Part shown: one piece after another, positions 25,708 through 41,025 of the stretch
Position numbering within the stretch: position 1 is the stretch's first letter
Layout of the letters: each line of letters starts with the position of its first letter
Assembly (NCBI GenBank): GCA_963920595.1
Contig: OY986948.1
Location: forward strand, 2,418,001 to 2,482,000
Origin: Eimeria praecox
Taxonomy: Eukaryota
DNA length: 64,000 nt
Direction: 5' to 3'
Position numbers and translations under genes: made by a program
The notes under the pieces: model-generated
Told to the model about the DNA's origin: nothing
Database searches by the model: none
What the model saw: only the letters and a program-made list of their open reading frames with translations

Positions 25708-28700
25708 GACCCTGAAGGGCAAGCAGACAAGGAGCTGAGAAGACCCTTTGAGAAAGCAGTGAGCCGTTCCGCGCAGAGCAACGCCACTGCTGTGGACAGG
25801 CCAGCAGATGCAGCATGCGCAGCTTAAAAAGGAGCCTTGTACCGTTGCCAAGGGTGTTGGTAGGATGCGCGGCAAGATTGAAGGACACGCCCATCGAAGT
25901 CCAAAACCTTCTCCGCGCGATTCCGATTCTTCACGCCAGTTTCGAGCCCGGCCATCTCGTAAATTCCGTCTTCCCAATTCACTTCAAATTCCATCCTAAT
26001 GGACTAACAACTCAAGCTGAAGCGGTACGCTCCTCCGTCTGATAGTAATGCAGCCACTAGCTGGTTTATATAGCCGAGTTCCTCAGTACACCAATGCACT
26101 GAGGCGATATCAGCGTTACTTCGAGGCGCCACAAGCACCTTCAACTGTTTTCATATGATGTTGCAAAACAACATACCTTCTGAGGGGCCGAGCAGAATTA
26201 CCATGGTGACCGTTGCACAGACTCTTGCAGATGAGGCGAACAGATCCCTGCTCAGTCAGCCGCTCAGCATCACTGCAATATCACCGCACCTATCAGAACT
26301 GAATCGTCACCTCAACTTCTGCAAGCAGAGCATCTGCACTAAAAGGACGCTGTTAGAACATCGCACTGCGACCCTTCACCGGCAGAGCAGCGTACCTTCA
26401 ACTTAGTGGTGAGCGATCAACGGCATTGTCGATGGTTTGAAACCCCCCTCTCTGCTGCTGCCATATATGCGCAGGGGCGCTAGATCAACATTAGTGGCGC
26501 CTGCAGCCCAATGTATTATACCTTTCTACTCGACTGGCGCAGCTGAGGCGGCCATGCAGGCGCGCTACTAGGATTCCGCCCTTAGTGCTGTCAGTGCTGT
26601 CTTTTGTTCTAGTGATCCAGCTTACTATCTGTTCTTCATCCCCTTACGCACGATAGCGAACGGTAGAGCGATCCTGCGGTTCGCGGGACGGGTAGCAGCA
26701 ACACTGAGATGGGCACTGTAAATATGTGTCGGGCCCGCAAAACCGCTGCCTGCAGAAGGTCCAGCCCCCAAGAAAGCATCGCTAACACATGCCAGCGGCA
26801 CGACGGACACGCACAACGGGCAAATACAAGCCCCCGTAGCCTTGCAGAGTTTCTAAAGGTCGCACAGATTCGCACAGTACACACGGACGTGGCACCCAAG
26901 GACTAGTGGGCAGCCCACACGATGCCCATTCCTGTCCGCTGGTTGCTCTGCAAGACGAAAGGCATGTCCTTGTCCTGTGATGCGTCAACCAGAGAAGCTG
27001 AACGACCATTTAGCAAAGACCGCACAAATCAAACAGATGCCCTACACCTCAGCTGAGACACACTGGAAACCGAGCTCTCAATTCCCAGGAATCCTTTGGC
27101 CAAATCGCTAACGCGTACAAAGCCTAACAGCAGGGCCTGACTTCCCTTGGAATGCCTTTGACTTGTGCATTGTCCAAACGTGCCACGTAATCATCTTAGA
27201 TCAATCACGCGGGAAACCTTGCATTGAGGCTTTTGACCGTCACCAGCAAATATGTGATGAGCAATGCCAGAAGGGGGAGCGCGCCTACTACCACAAAAAC
27301 CTAAATGCCAGGCAAACAATCAAAGGAATTGAGCAGCTCGCAGCCTCAAGAACAGTGTGTATCTTCCTCTTCTTGAGATCAACCGGCGTGCAAGTTGTAT
27401 GTTGCCCCCTACCAATCCTCTCAAAATAGTCCTACAGCAGCCGCTGTTGTTGTTTACCAAAACTCAGCATGGCCATGACGCACATTCTAAAACCTCATTG
27501 GACTAGGAAAGCCGCATTCAGTAGCTTACGCGTATTGAACGCGAACGGGTGCGAAAAAAGACACACCTCCTTGCGTCCAGCCGACTTCTGCCGCATGCCT
27601 CATCCCAAGCACGAGGTCAGCGTAAACCAACAGAAACAGCGGGGAGCATGCTATCGCTAGTCTACACCCAAATACGCTTTGTTCTGCTTCCCTACAAACT
27701 AGCACTGATTTGATCAAATGACTCACCAAGCAATACGCTAGAAGCAAGCTAAATCGCAAAACGTACAACTGTTCCATACCGCCTACAGTGGTCCCTCCCT
27801 AACCCTGGAAAATGCGGGGGCACTCGTCCCGCACAAACAAGTAAATTAGCTTGCATGTAAGAAGCCTCAAATCGGAGGATTCCGCTTGCTCTCGACACTG
27901 ACGCTACAAGGAAAAGCGCTTCTCCACTTCGATAACTGAACCGATGCTCTCGCACCAAACTAAGAGCTCATGAACTGTCTCACTGAACTAGCTGACAACT
28001 AAGCACGGTGGGATCGAAAACATGGCCAGCAGCTTCCGGTTTGCTGTTTCAAACGGTTTCCGCCCTGCAACTAACAGTCAACCAAAGACGGCGGAGGGCA
28101 GCAACGTGCAGGAGCTATTCAGCGCCTACTAATCAGTAGGTGCTGGTTGCAACTTGTGCATGGCGGGACCTAAACAAGCCCTCACGCGAAATGGTACAAA
28201 ATCACCGCTTGTTGCAGTTACGGCTTAATCTAAGTGCTTGCTTGCCGCATACGTATGTGCAACCTGCCTTCAACCTACACGATTCCCTTAAACAACCAAA
28301 CGTTCTCGCACCTTCTGCATCAGGGCATAGTTCCTACGATAATGACCGTGCTTCACAAGCGCTTGCTTGTTCGTCTGATGCCCTTCGGTGCTTCTCCCGG
28401 TCATCATCACCTCTCACACAAACGTAAAATAAGCAACTTGGCATACTAGCCTGCGTCTGCTCGCTTTACGGCCACACACATGTATCGGAACGGCTTCACG
28501 GCATCGCACCGCCAACACACCAAGGTAAACAAACTGAAATCACGCAGTTCGGTGTCACTTTCTGAGCACCTCAGCTCCACAATGCCATGCCCGACAAAGC
28601 CGTAGCACTAGCTGTGAACAGCCAGGCATTAGCGGTAGGGGTGTTGCACAGACAAACTCTACAAAATGAGGCACGCCCAGATTCTGCCTCCCATTCTGCC

Positions 28701-30813
28701 CTGCGGCACTACACAGGTGACAAACTACAAGGTCACCAACCAACAACGCTAAAGCCACCCTGAGCTCCGACTCGGAAAATATCTGCTGCCAAAGTTGGAC
28801 AAGCCACACCCCTGTTGCGGCCGCCGAGCGAGATCACAATTTGCTGGCTCTGCAATGCACCTCGCTCTTGGAAAATCGCAACTGACCTCTCTGTCAACAG
28901 CTGAGGGAACAACCGCCCTTTACACTTAACAAGTGCGCAAGTGCCCGACTGAGGAATTTTGTATGCGTAACAGGCATGCGACCCTTTGAGATTTGACCAG
29001 GCACCTGCGGAGACTTGACTCACAAGCTGCGTCCAGTGCCTCCAAGTAACATCTGACCCGAAATAAAGCTGTTTACCATCTCGTCTGAGCCACTAAATTC
29101 GCAGGCCTAGCCGTTGCTATGAGGAAATCCTGCTGCATGGATCCGCACTAATTATGCTTCGCGTTGGGCGATTCACAACACTTGCGCACCTGCCCTACCA
29201 ACGCGCGTATACCAACGCCCGCCCGGCACAAAAGCTGGTCCATCAAGCCACAGGCACACACACGCACATGTATGTCATGCAAGGCTCACACGCCAATTGG
29301 TGCAACTGCAGGAAATAGACCTGGCTTGACAGGCACCAAAACGCTGCCGCATATAAGCAGGAAATCCCGTTATGCAGAGGTAGGTATATCATGCGCAGCA
29401 AAGCTCGCTTCTCCAATGCTTGCGATCCCCTTTTCGCATAGATGCCTGCGAATGAGCTGGTCAGAAATCGAAGGGTCAAGCTGAAATTTAGGCTTGCCTT
29501 CAGGAAATCTCTACTCTGAACTAGGACCGCAGCCCTCACCTCACCAAAATGCAGGTTATAGAGGCTGCCCAAACATTGTGGTGACCAGGGCTGCATGCTG
29601 CAGATGCAATGCCTGATCTTCATGCTTTCACATTGCTTTAGGCTCTGCCTGCATTCTTGAATCCTTTTGGAACGATGGCAAATCCGCGACTCCCCGGCTA
29701 CGTAATGCACGTCACCCGCTCCAGACACCGACTCACGTTCTACAGTAACACAGCATTCGTGTAGGGGCATGCTCTATCATGTGCTTTGACGTGCGCCCAA
29801 CCAGTTATTCTTCCAGCGAACCGTTGGCGTTACGCTCAGCAGATGAAATCTACACTCATATCTCATGTACTCTCCATCCAAGTCGTCGAAGACGCCTTCG
29901 GCAAACCATCACGAAACACATTAACACTTGTGAAGGTACAGGCACTTCAACGTATAACTAGGCATATAACTAAGCATCGTCCAGTCAGAGATGCATGCAA
30001 AATAAGGGTACGCAGCAGCGCTCGGAAGAAAAGAAAACCCATTGGGACAGGCTATGCCCTGCCAGATTTTCGTTAGACCCTAACTCCTGCAAAGCTGCGC
30101 CGCAAAGCCTATCAGGCCGCATGCTGACATTCTCTACAAATTCTTGTGCCTTCATCGCTGGCACACCAACTCACCATCCGCCAAAATAATGCAGGGCAGT
30201 CTTGCAGAGATCGGCTGCAACTCCCAGCTTTACCATCCATCGCAGTTTGCAACTCACACAGCCAACCAACCAACCAACGGGATAAACGCAAGCACAAATT
30301 GCGCCTGCTTGAGCCCTGCAATGCCGTCAGAGCACGCGTCCACACACTCGCTGTAAGGTCAGTCCAAGCTATGCGTCATGAAAGCTATCGCCAGGTTGTT
30401 GGTTCGTCCTCAATGCCGCATGTTTATATCCGTTCGCACAAGAGCGACAAACGGTATCGAGCTGAGCATGAACTAGCGGACTGTACGACCCAAAGCGTCA
30501 TATCCTCCACTTCCACTGCTAGTCGTGCACAAGGCCTTCTTAGTGGCGGGATCTGCTATGGCCGAACGCCTGCCAATAATGGAGGTAGAAATGAGTTTAC
30601 ACAATTGGAACGTGCCCAGCGTCCCGCGCAAGCCATTATTCATAGTGGCTGGTACGAACAAACAATGCTTGCGACCAAGTCACAGTGTCGCCTCCAGGGC
30701 CCTTCACAAGTCAAAAGTGAAGGGCACTAGTTAGCGGATTCGTGCTTCCTAGAACTACCAAGGGCCGCCTTGCTGTGAAGCATCGTAGTGAGCGACTTCC
30801 ACTGTAAGTTGCC
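25708..30813 (+). repeat. Unit 6 (5106 bp, short class, mosaic)
   Basis: No insert; left-subfamily alleles at ~27120-27350. Confidence 0.97.
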
Positions 30814-33800
30814 GACCCAGAAGGGCAAGCAGACAAGGAGCTGAGAAGAGCCTTTGAGAAAGCAGTGAGCAGTTCGGCGCAGAGCAACGCCAATGCTGTG
30901 GACAGGCCAGCAGATGCACCATGCGCAGCTTAAAAAGGAGCCTTGTACCGTTGCCAAGGGTGCTAGTAGGATGCTCGGCAAGATTGAAGGACACGCCCAT
31001 CGAAGTCCAAAACCTTCTCCGCGCGATTCCGATTCTTCACGCCAGTTTCGGGCCCGGCCATCTCGTAAATTCCGTCTTCTCAATTCAAATCAAATTCCAT
31101 CCTAATGGACTAACAACTCAAGCTGAAGCGGCACGGTCCTGCGTCTGATAGTAATGCAGCCACTAGCTGGTTTATATAGCCGAGTTCCTCAGTACACCAA
31201 TGCACTGAGGCGATATCAGCGTTACTTCGAGGCGCCACAAGCACCTTCAACTGTTTTCATATGATGTTGCAAAACAACATACCTCCTGAAGGGCCGAGCA
31301 GAATTACCATGATGACCGTTGCACAGACTCTTGCAGATGAGGCGAACAGATCCCTCCTCACTCAGCGGCTCAGCATCACTGCAGTATCACCGCACCTATC
31401 AGAACTGAATCGTCACCTCAACTTCTACAAGCAGAGCATCTGCAAGAAAAGGACGCTGTTAAAACATCGCACTGCGACCCTTCACCGGCAGAGCAGCGTA
31501 CCTTCAACTTAGTGGTGAGCGATCAACGGCATTGTCGATGGTTTGAAACCCCCCTCTCTGCTGCTGCCATATATGCGAAGGGGCGCTAGATCAGCATTAG
31601 TGGCGCCTGCAGCCCAATGTATTATACCTTTCTACTCGACTGGCGCAGCTGAGGCGGCCATGCAGGCGCGCTACTAGGATTCCGCCCTTAGTGCTGTCAG
31701 TGCTGTCTTTTGTTCTAGTGATCCAGCGTACCTCCTGTCCTTCATCCCCTTACGCACGATAGGGAACGGTAGAGCGATCCTGCGGTTCGTGGGAAGGGTA
31801 GCAGCAACACTGAGATGGGCGCTGTTTATATGTGTCGGGCCCGCAACACTGCTGCCTGCAGAAGGTCCAGCCCCCAAGAAAGCATCCGTAACACATGCCA
31901 GCGGCACGTCGGACACGCACAACGGGCAAATACAAGCCCTCGTCGCCTTGCAGAGTTTCTAAAGGTCGCACAGATTCGCACAGTACACACGGACGTGGTA
32001 CCCAAGGACTAGTGGGCAGCCCACACGATGCCCATTCCTGTCCGCTGGTTGCTTTGCAAGACGAAAGGCATGTCCTTGTCCTGTGATGCGTCAACCAGAG
32101 AAGCTGAACGACCATTTAGCAAAGACCGCACAAATCAAACAGATGCCCTACACCTCAGCTGAGACAAACTGGAAACCGAGCTCTCAATTCCCGGGAATCC
32201 TTTGGCCAAATCGCTAACGCGTACAAAGCTTAACAGCAGGGCCTGACGTTCCGTGGAATGCCTTTGACTTGTGCATTGTCCAAACGTGCCACGTAATCAT
32301 CTTAGATCAATTACGCGGGAAACCTTGCATTGGGGCTTTTGACCGTCACCAGCAAATATGTGATGAGCAATGCCAGAAGGGGGAGCGCGCCTACTACCAC
32401 AAAAACCTAAATGTCAGGCAAACAATCAAGAGAATTGAGCAGCTCGCAACCTCAAGAACAGTGTGTATCTTCCTCATCCTGATATCAACCGGCGTGCAAG
32501 TTGTATGTTGCCCCCTACCAATCCTTTCAATATAGTCCTACGGCAGCCGCTGTTGTTGTTTACCAAAACTCAGCATGGCGATGACGCACAATCTAAAACC
32601 TCATTGGACTAAGAAAGCCGCATTCAATAGCTGACGCGTAGTGAAAGCGAACAGGTGCGAAAAAAGACACACCGCCTTGCGTCCAGCCGACTTCTGTCGC
32701 ATGCCTCATCCCAAGCACAAGGCCAACGTAAACCAACGGAAACACCGGGGAGCATGCTATCGCTAGTCTACACCCAAATACGCTTTGTTCTGCTTCCCCA
32801 CAAACTAGCACAGATTTGATCAAATGACTCACCAAGCAATACGCTAGAAGCAAGCTAAATCGCAAAACGTACAACTGTTCCATACCGCCTACAGTGGTCC
32901 CTCCCTAACCCTGGAAAATGCGGGGGCACTCGTCCCGCACAAACAAGTAAATTAACTTGCATGTAAGAAGCCTCAAATCGGGGGGTTCCGCTTGCTCTCG
33001 ACACTGACGCTACAAGGAAAAGCACTTCTCCACTTCGATAACTGAACCGATGCTCTCGCACCAAACTAAGAGCTCATGAACTGTCTGACTGAACTAGCTG
33101 ACAACTAAGCACGGTGGGATCAAAAACATGGCCAGCAGCTTCCGGTTTGCTGTTTCAAACGGTTTCCGCCCTGCAACTAACAGTCAACCAAAGACGGCGG
33201 AGGGCAGCAACGTGCAGGAGCTAGTCAGCGCCTACTAATCAGTAGGTGATCGTTGCATCTTGCGCATAGCGGCACCTAAATAAGTCCTCAAGCGAAATGG
33301 TACAAAATCACTGATTGTTCCAGTTACGGCTTAATCTAAGTGCTTGCTTGCCGCATACGTACGTGCAACCTGCCTTCAACCTACACGATTCCCTTCAACA
33401 ACCAAACGTTCCCGCACATCCTGCATCAGGGCATAGTTCCTACGATAATGACCGTGCTTCACAAGCGCTTGCTTGTTCGTCTGATGGCCTTCGGTGCTTC
33501 TACCGGTCATCATCACCTCTCACACAAACGTAAAATAAGCAACTTGGCATACTAGCCTGCGTCTGCTCGCTTTACGGCCACACACATGTATCGGAACGGC
33601 TTCACGGCATCGCACCGCCAACACACCAGGGTAAACAAACTGAAATCACGCAGTTCGGTGTCACTTTCTGAGCACCTCAGCTTCACAATAGAATGCCCGA
33701 CAAAGCCTTAGCACTAGCTGTGAACAGGCAGGCATTAGCGGTAGGGGTGATGCACAGACAAACTCTACAAAATGAGGCACGCCCAGATTCTGCCTCCCAT

Positions 33801-35919
33801 TCTGCCCTGCGGCACTACACAGGTGACAAACTACAAGGTCATCAACCAACAACGCTAAAGCCACCCTGAGCTCCGACTCTGAAAATATCTGCTGCCAAAG
33901 TTGGACAAGCCACACCCTTGTTGCGGCCGCGGAGCGAGATCACAATTTGCTGGCTCTGCAATGCATCTCGCCCTTGGAAAATCGCAACTGACCTCTTTGT
34001 CAACAGCTGAGGGAACAACCGCCCTTTACACTTAACAAGTCCGCAAGTGCCCGACTGAGGAGTTTTGTATGCGTAACAAGCATGCGACCCTTTGAGATTT
34101 GGCCAGGCACCTGCGGAGACTTGACTCACAAACTGCGTCCAGTGCCTCCAAGTAACATCTGACCCGAAATAAAGCTGTTTACCATCTCGTCTGAGCCACT
34201 AAATTCGCAGGCCTAGCCGTTGCTATGAGGAAATCCTGCTGCATGGATCCGCACTAATTATGCTTCGCTTTGGGCGATTCACAACACTTGCGCACCTGCC
34301 CTACCAACGCGCGTATACCAACGCCCGCCCGGCACAAAAGCTGGTCCATCAAGCCACAGGCACACACACGCACATGTATGTCATGCAAGGCTCACACGCC
34401 AATTGGTGCAACTGCAGGAAATAGACCTGGCTTGACAGGCACCAAAACGCTGCCGCATATAAGCAGGAAATCCCGTTATGCAGAGGTAGGTATATCATGC
34501 GCAGCAAAGCTCGCTTCTCCAATGCTTGCGATCCCCTTTTCGCATAGATGCCTGTGAATGACCTGGTCAGAAATCGAAGGGTCAAGCTGAAATTTAGGCT
34601 TGCCTTCAGGAAATCTCTACTCTGAACTAGGACCGCAGCCCTCACCTCACCAAAATGCAGGTTATAGAGGCTGCCCAAACATTGTGGTGACCAGGGCTGC
34701 ATGCTGCAGATGCAATGCCTGATCTTCATGCTTTCACATTGCTTTAGGCTCTGCCTGCATTCTTGAATCCTTTTGGAACGATGGCAAATCCGCGACTCCC
34801 CGGCTACGTAATGCACGTCACCCGCTCCAGACACCAACTTACTTTCTACAGTAACACAGCATTCGTGTAGGGGCATGCTCTATCATGTGCTTTGACGTGC
34901 GCCCAACCAGTTATTCTTCCAGCGAACCGTTGGCGTTACGCTCAGCAGATGAAATCTACACCCATATCTCATGTACTCTCCATCCAAGTCGTCGAAGACG
35001 CCTTCGGCAAACCATCACGAAGCGCTTTAACACTTGTGAGCGTACAGGCACTTCAACGTATAACTAGGCATATAACTAAGCATCGTCCAGTCAGAGATGC
35101 ATGCAAAATAAGGGTACGCAGCAGCGCTCGGAAGAAAAGAAAACCCATTGTGACAGGCTATGCCCTGCCAGATTTTCGTTAGACCCTAACTCCTGCAAAG
35201 CTGCGCCGCAAAGCCTATCAGGCCGCATGCTGACATTCTCTACAAATTCTTGTGCCTTCATCGCTGGCACACCAACTCACCATCCGCCAAAATAATGCAG
35301 GGCAGTCTTGCAGAGATCGGCTGCAACTCCCAGCTTTACCATGCATCGCAGTTTGCAACTCACACAGCCAACCAACCAACCAACGGGATAAACGCAAGCA
35401 CAAATTGCGCCTGCTTGAGCCCTGCAATGCCGTCAGAGCATGCGTCCACACACTCGCTGTAAGGCCAGTCCAAGCTATGCGTCATGAAAGCTATCGCCAG
35501 GTTGTTGGTTCGTCCTCAATGCCGCATGTTTATATCCGTTCGCACAAGAGCGACAAACGGTATCGAGCTGAGCATGAACTAGCGGACTGTACGACCCAAA
35601 GCATCATATCCTCCACTTCCACTGCTAGTCGTGCACAAGGCCTTCTTAGTGGCGGGATCTGCTATGGCCGAACGCCTGCCAATAATGGAGGTAGAAATGA
35701 GTTTACACAATTGGAACGTGCCCAGCGTCCCGCGCAAGCCATTATTCATAGTGGCTGGTACGAACAAACAATGCTTGCGACCAAGTCACAGTGTCGCCTC
35801 CAGGGCCCTTCACAAGTCAAAAGTGAAGGGCACTAGTTAGCGGATTCGTGCTTCCTAGAACTACCAAGGGCCGCCTTGCTGTGAAGCATCGTAGTGAGCG
35901 ACTTCCACTGTAAGTTGCC
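30814..35919 (+). repeat. Unit 7 (5106 bp, short class)
   Basis: No insert; divergent block at ~32470-32830 shared with unit 13. Confidence 0.97.
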
Positions 35920-38900
35920 GACCCAGAAGGGCAAGCAGACAAGGAGCTGAGAAGAGCCTTTGAGAAAGCAGTGAGCAGTTCGGCGCAGAGCAACGCCAAT
36001 GCTGTGGACAGGCCAGCAGATGCACCATGCGCAGCTTAAAAAGGAGCCTTGTACCGTTGCCAAGGGTGTTAGTAGGATGCGCGGCAAGATTGAAGGACAC
36101 GCCCATCGAAGCCCAAAACCTTCTCCGCGCGATTCCGATTCTTCACGCCGGTTTCGGGCCCGGCCATCTCGTAAATTCCGCCTTCCCAATTCACTTCAAA
36201 TTCCATCCTAATGGACTAACAACTCAAGCTGAAGCGGCACGCTCCTGCGTCTGATAGTAACGCAGCCACTAGCTGCTTTACATAACCGAGTTCCTCAGTA
36301 CACCAATGCACTGAGGCGATATCAGCGTTACTTCGAGGCGCCACAAGCACCTTCAACTGTTTTCATATGATGTTGCAAAACAACATACCTTCTGAGGGGC
36401 CGAGCAGAATTACCATGATAACCGTTGCACAAACTCTTGCAGATGAGGCGAACAGATCCCTGCTCAGTCATCGGCTCAGCATCACTGCAGTATCACCGCA
36501 CCTATCAGAACTGAATCGTCACCTCACTTCTACAAGCAGAGCACCTGCAAGAAAAGGACGCTGTTAAAACATCGCACTGCGACCCTTCACCGGCAGAGCA
36601 GCGTACCTTCAACTTAGTGGTGAGCGATCAACTGCATTGTCGATGGTTTGAAACCCCCCTCTCTGCTGCTGCCATATATGCGCAGGGGCGCTAGATCAAC
36701 ATTAGTGGCGCCTGCAGCCCAATGTATTATACCTTTCTACTCAACTGGCGCAGCTGAGGCGGCCATGCAGGCGCGCTACTAGGATTCCGCCCTTAGTGCT
36801 GTCAGTGCTGTCTTTTGTTCTAGTGATCCAGCTTACTATCTGTTCTTCAGCCCCTTACGCACGATAGCGAACGGTAGAGCGATCCTGCGGTTCGTGGGGA
36901 GGGTAGCAGCAACACTGAGATGGGCGCTGTTTATATGTGTCGGGCCCGCAACACTGCTGCCTGCAGAAGGTCCAGCCCCCAAGAAAGCATCCGTAACACA
37001 TGCCAGCGGCACGTCGGACACGCACAACGGGCAAATACAAGCCCTCGTCGCCTTGCAGAGTTTCTAAAGGTCGCACAGATTCGCACAGTACACACGGACG
37101 TGGCACCCAAGGACTAGTGGGCAGCCCACACGATGCCCATTCCTGTCCGCTGGTTGCTTTGCAAGACGAAAGGCATGTCCTTGTCCTGTGATGCGTCAAC
37201 CAGAGAAGCTGAACGACCATTTAGCAAAGACCGCACAAATCAAACAGATGCCCTACACCTCAGCTGAGACAAACTGGAAACCGAGCTCTCAATTCCCAGG
37301 AATCCTTTGGCCAAATCGCTAACGCGTACAAAGCTTAACAGCAGGGCCTGACGTTCCGTGGAATGCCTTTGACTTGTGCATTGTCCAAACGTGCCACGTA
37401 ATCATCTTAGATCAATTACGCGGGAAACCTTGCATTGGGGCTTTTGACCGTCACCAGCAAATATGTGATGAGCAATGCCAGAAGGGGGAGCGCGCCTACT
37501 ACCACAAAAAGCTAAATGCCAGACGAACAATCAAAGGAACTGAGCAGCCAGCAACCTCAAGAACAGTGTGTATCTTCCTCTTCTTGAGATCAACCGGCGT
37601 GCAAGTTGTATGTTGCCCCCTACCAATCCTCTCAAAATAGTCCTACAGCAGCCGCTGTTGTTGTTTACCAAAACTCAGCATGGCCATGACGCACATTCTA
37701 AACCCTCATTGGACTAGGAAAGCCGCATTCAGTAGCTTACGCGTATTGAACGCGAACGGGTGCGAAAAAAGACACACCTCCTTGCGTCCAGCCGACTTCT
37801 GTCGCATGCCTCATCCCAAGCACGAGGTCAGCGTAAACCAACAGAAACAGCGGGGAGCATGCTATCGCTAGTCTACACCCAAATACGCTTTGTTCTGCTT
37901 CCCTACAAACTAGCACTGATTTGATCAAATGGCTCACCAAGCAATACGCTAGAAGCAAGCTAAATCGCAAAACGTACAACTGTTCCATACCGCCTACAGT
38001 GGTCCCTCCCTAACCCTGGAAAATGCGGGGGCACTCGTCCCGCACAAACAAGTAAATTAGCTTGCATGTAAGAAGCCTCAAATCGGGGGGTTCCGCTTGC
38101 TCTCGACACTGACGCTACAAGGAAAAGCACTTCTCCATTTCGATAACTGAACCGATGCTCTCGCACCAAAATAAGAGCTCATGAGCTGTCTCACTGAACT
38201 AGCTGACAACTAAGCACGGTGGGATCGAAAACATGGCCAGCAGCTTCCGGTTTGCTGTTTCAAACGGTTTCCGCCCTGCAACTAACAGCCAACCAAAGAC
38301 GGCGGAGGGCAGCAACGTGCAGGAGCTATTCAGCGCCTACTAATCAGTAGGTGATCGTTGCAACTTGTGCATGGCGGCACCTAAACAAGCCCTCACGCGA
38401 AATGGTACAAAATCACCGCTTGTTGCAGTCACGGCTTAATCTAAGTGCTTGCTTGCCGCATACGTATGTGCAACCTGCCTTCAACCTACACGATTCCCTT
38501 AAACAACCAAACGTTCTCGCACCTCCTGCATCAGAGCATAGTTCCTACGATAATGACCGTGCTTCACAAGCGCTTGCTTGTTCGTCTGATGCCCTTCGGT
38601 GCTTCTCCCGGTCATCATCACCTCTCACACAAACGTAAAATAAGCAACTTGGCATACTAGCCTGCGTCTGCTCGCTTTACGGCCACACACATGTATCGGA
38701 ACGGCTTCACGGCATCGCACCGCCAACACACCAGGGTAAACAAACTGAAATCACGCAGTTCGGTGTCACTTTCTGAGCACCTCAGCTCCACAATGCCATG
38801 CCCGACAAAGCCTTAGCACTAGCTGTGAACAGGCAGGTATTAGCGCTAGGGGTTTTCCACAGACAAACTCTACAAAATGAGGCACGCCCAGATTCTGCCT

Positions 38901-41025
38901 CCGATTCTGCCCTGCGGTACTACACAGGCGACAAACGACAAGGCCATCAACCAACGACGCTAAAGCCACCCTGAGCTCCGACTCTGAAAATATCTGCTGC
39001 CAAAGTTGGACAAGCCACACCCTTGTTGCGGCCGCCGAGCGAGATCACAATTTGCTGGCTCTGCAATGCATCTCGCCCTTGGAAAATCTTAACTGACCTC
39101 TTTGTCAACAGCTGAGGGAACAACCGCCCTTTACACTTAACAAGTCCGCAAGTGCCCGACTGAGGAATTTTGTATGCGTAACAGGCATGCGACCCTTTGA
39201 GATTTGACCAGGCACCTGCGGAGACTTGACTCACAAGCTGCGTCCAGTGCCTCCAAGTAACATCTGACCCCAAATTAAGCTGTTTACCATCTCGTCTGAG
39301 CCACTAAAATCGCAGGCCTAGCCGTTGCTATGAGGAAATCCTGCTGCATGGATCCGCACTAATTATGCTTCGCTTTGGGCGATTCACAACACTTGCGCAC
39401 CTGCCCTACCAACGCGCGTATACCAACGCCCGCCCGGCACAAAAGCTGGTCCATCAAGCCGCAGGCACACACACGCGCATGTATGTCATGCAAGGCTCAC
39501 ACGCCAATTGGTGCAACTGCAGGAAATAGACCTGGCTTGACAGGCACCAAAACGCTGCCGCATATAAGCAGGAAATCCCGTTATGCACAGGTAGGTATAT
39601 CATGCGCAGCAAAGCTCGCTTCTCCAATGCTTGCGATCCCCCTTTCGCACAGATGCCTGTGAATGAGCTGGTCAGAAATCGAAGGGTCAAGCTGAAATTT
39701 AGGCTTGCCTTCAGGAAATCTCTACTCTGAACTAGGACCGCAGCCCTCACCTCACCAAAATGCAGGTTATAGAGGCTGCCCAAACATTGTGGTGACCAGA
39801 ACTGCATGCTGCAGATGCAATGCCTGATCTTCATGCTTTCACATTGCTTTAGGCTCTGCCTGCATTCTTGAATCCTTTTGGAACGATGGCAAATCCGCGA
39901 CTCCCCCGGCTACGTAATGCACGTCACCCGCTCCAGACACAAACTTACGTTCTACAGTAACACAGCATTCGTGGAGGGGCATGCTCTATCATGTGCTTTG
40001 ACGTGCGCCCAACCAGTTATTCTCCCAGCGAACCGTTGGCATTACGCTCAGCAGATGAAATCTACACCCATATCTCATGTACTCTCCATCCAAGTCCTCG
40101 CAGACGCCTTCGGCAAACCATCACGAAACACATTAACACTTGTGAAGGTACAGGCACTTCAACGTATAACTAGGCATATAACTAAGCATCGTCCAGTCAG
40201 AGATGCATGCAAAATAAGGGTACGCAGCAGCGCTCGGAAGAAAAGAAAACCCATTGGGACAGGCTATGCCCTGCCAGATTTTCGTTAGACCCTAACTCCT
40301 GCAAAGCTGCGCCGCAAAGCCTATCAGGCGGCATGCTGACATTCTCTACAAATCCTTGTGCCTTCATCGCTGGCATACCAACTCACCATCCGCCAAAATA
40401 ATGCAGGGCAGTCTTGCAGAGATCAGCTGCAACTCCCAGCTTTACCATGCATCGCAGTTTGCAACTCACACAGCCAACCAACCAACCAACGGGATAAACG
40501 CAAGCACAAATTGCGCCTGCTTGAGCCCTGCAATGCCGTCAGAGCACGCGTCCACACACTCGCTGTAAGGTCAGTCCAAGCTATGCGTCATGAAAGCTAT
40601 CGCCAGGTTGTTGGTTCGTCCTCAATGCCGCATGTTTATATCCGTTCGCACAAGAGCGACAAACGGTATCGAGCTGAGCATGAACTAGCGGACTGTACGA
40701 CCCAAAGCGTCATATCCTCCACTTCCACTGCTAGTCGTGCACAAGGCCTTCTTAGTGGCGGGATCTGCTATGGCCGAACGCCTGCCAATAATGGAGGAAG
40801 AAATGAGTTTACACAATTGGAACGTGCCCAGCGTCCCGCGCAAGCCATTATTCATAGTGGCTGGTACGAACAAACAATGCTTGCGACCAAGTCACAGTGT
40901 CGCCTCCAGGGCCCTTCACAAGTCAAAAGTGAAGGGCACTAGTAAGCGGATTCGTGCTTCCTAGAACTACCAAGGGCCGCCTTGCTGTGAAGCATCGTAG
41001 TGAGCGACTTCCACTGTAAGTTGCC
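35920..41025 (+). repeat. Unit 8 (5106 bp, short class)
   Basis: No insert; anchor-to-anchor distance. Confidence 0.97.
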
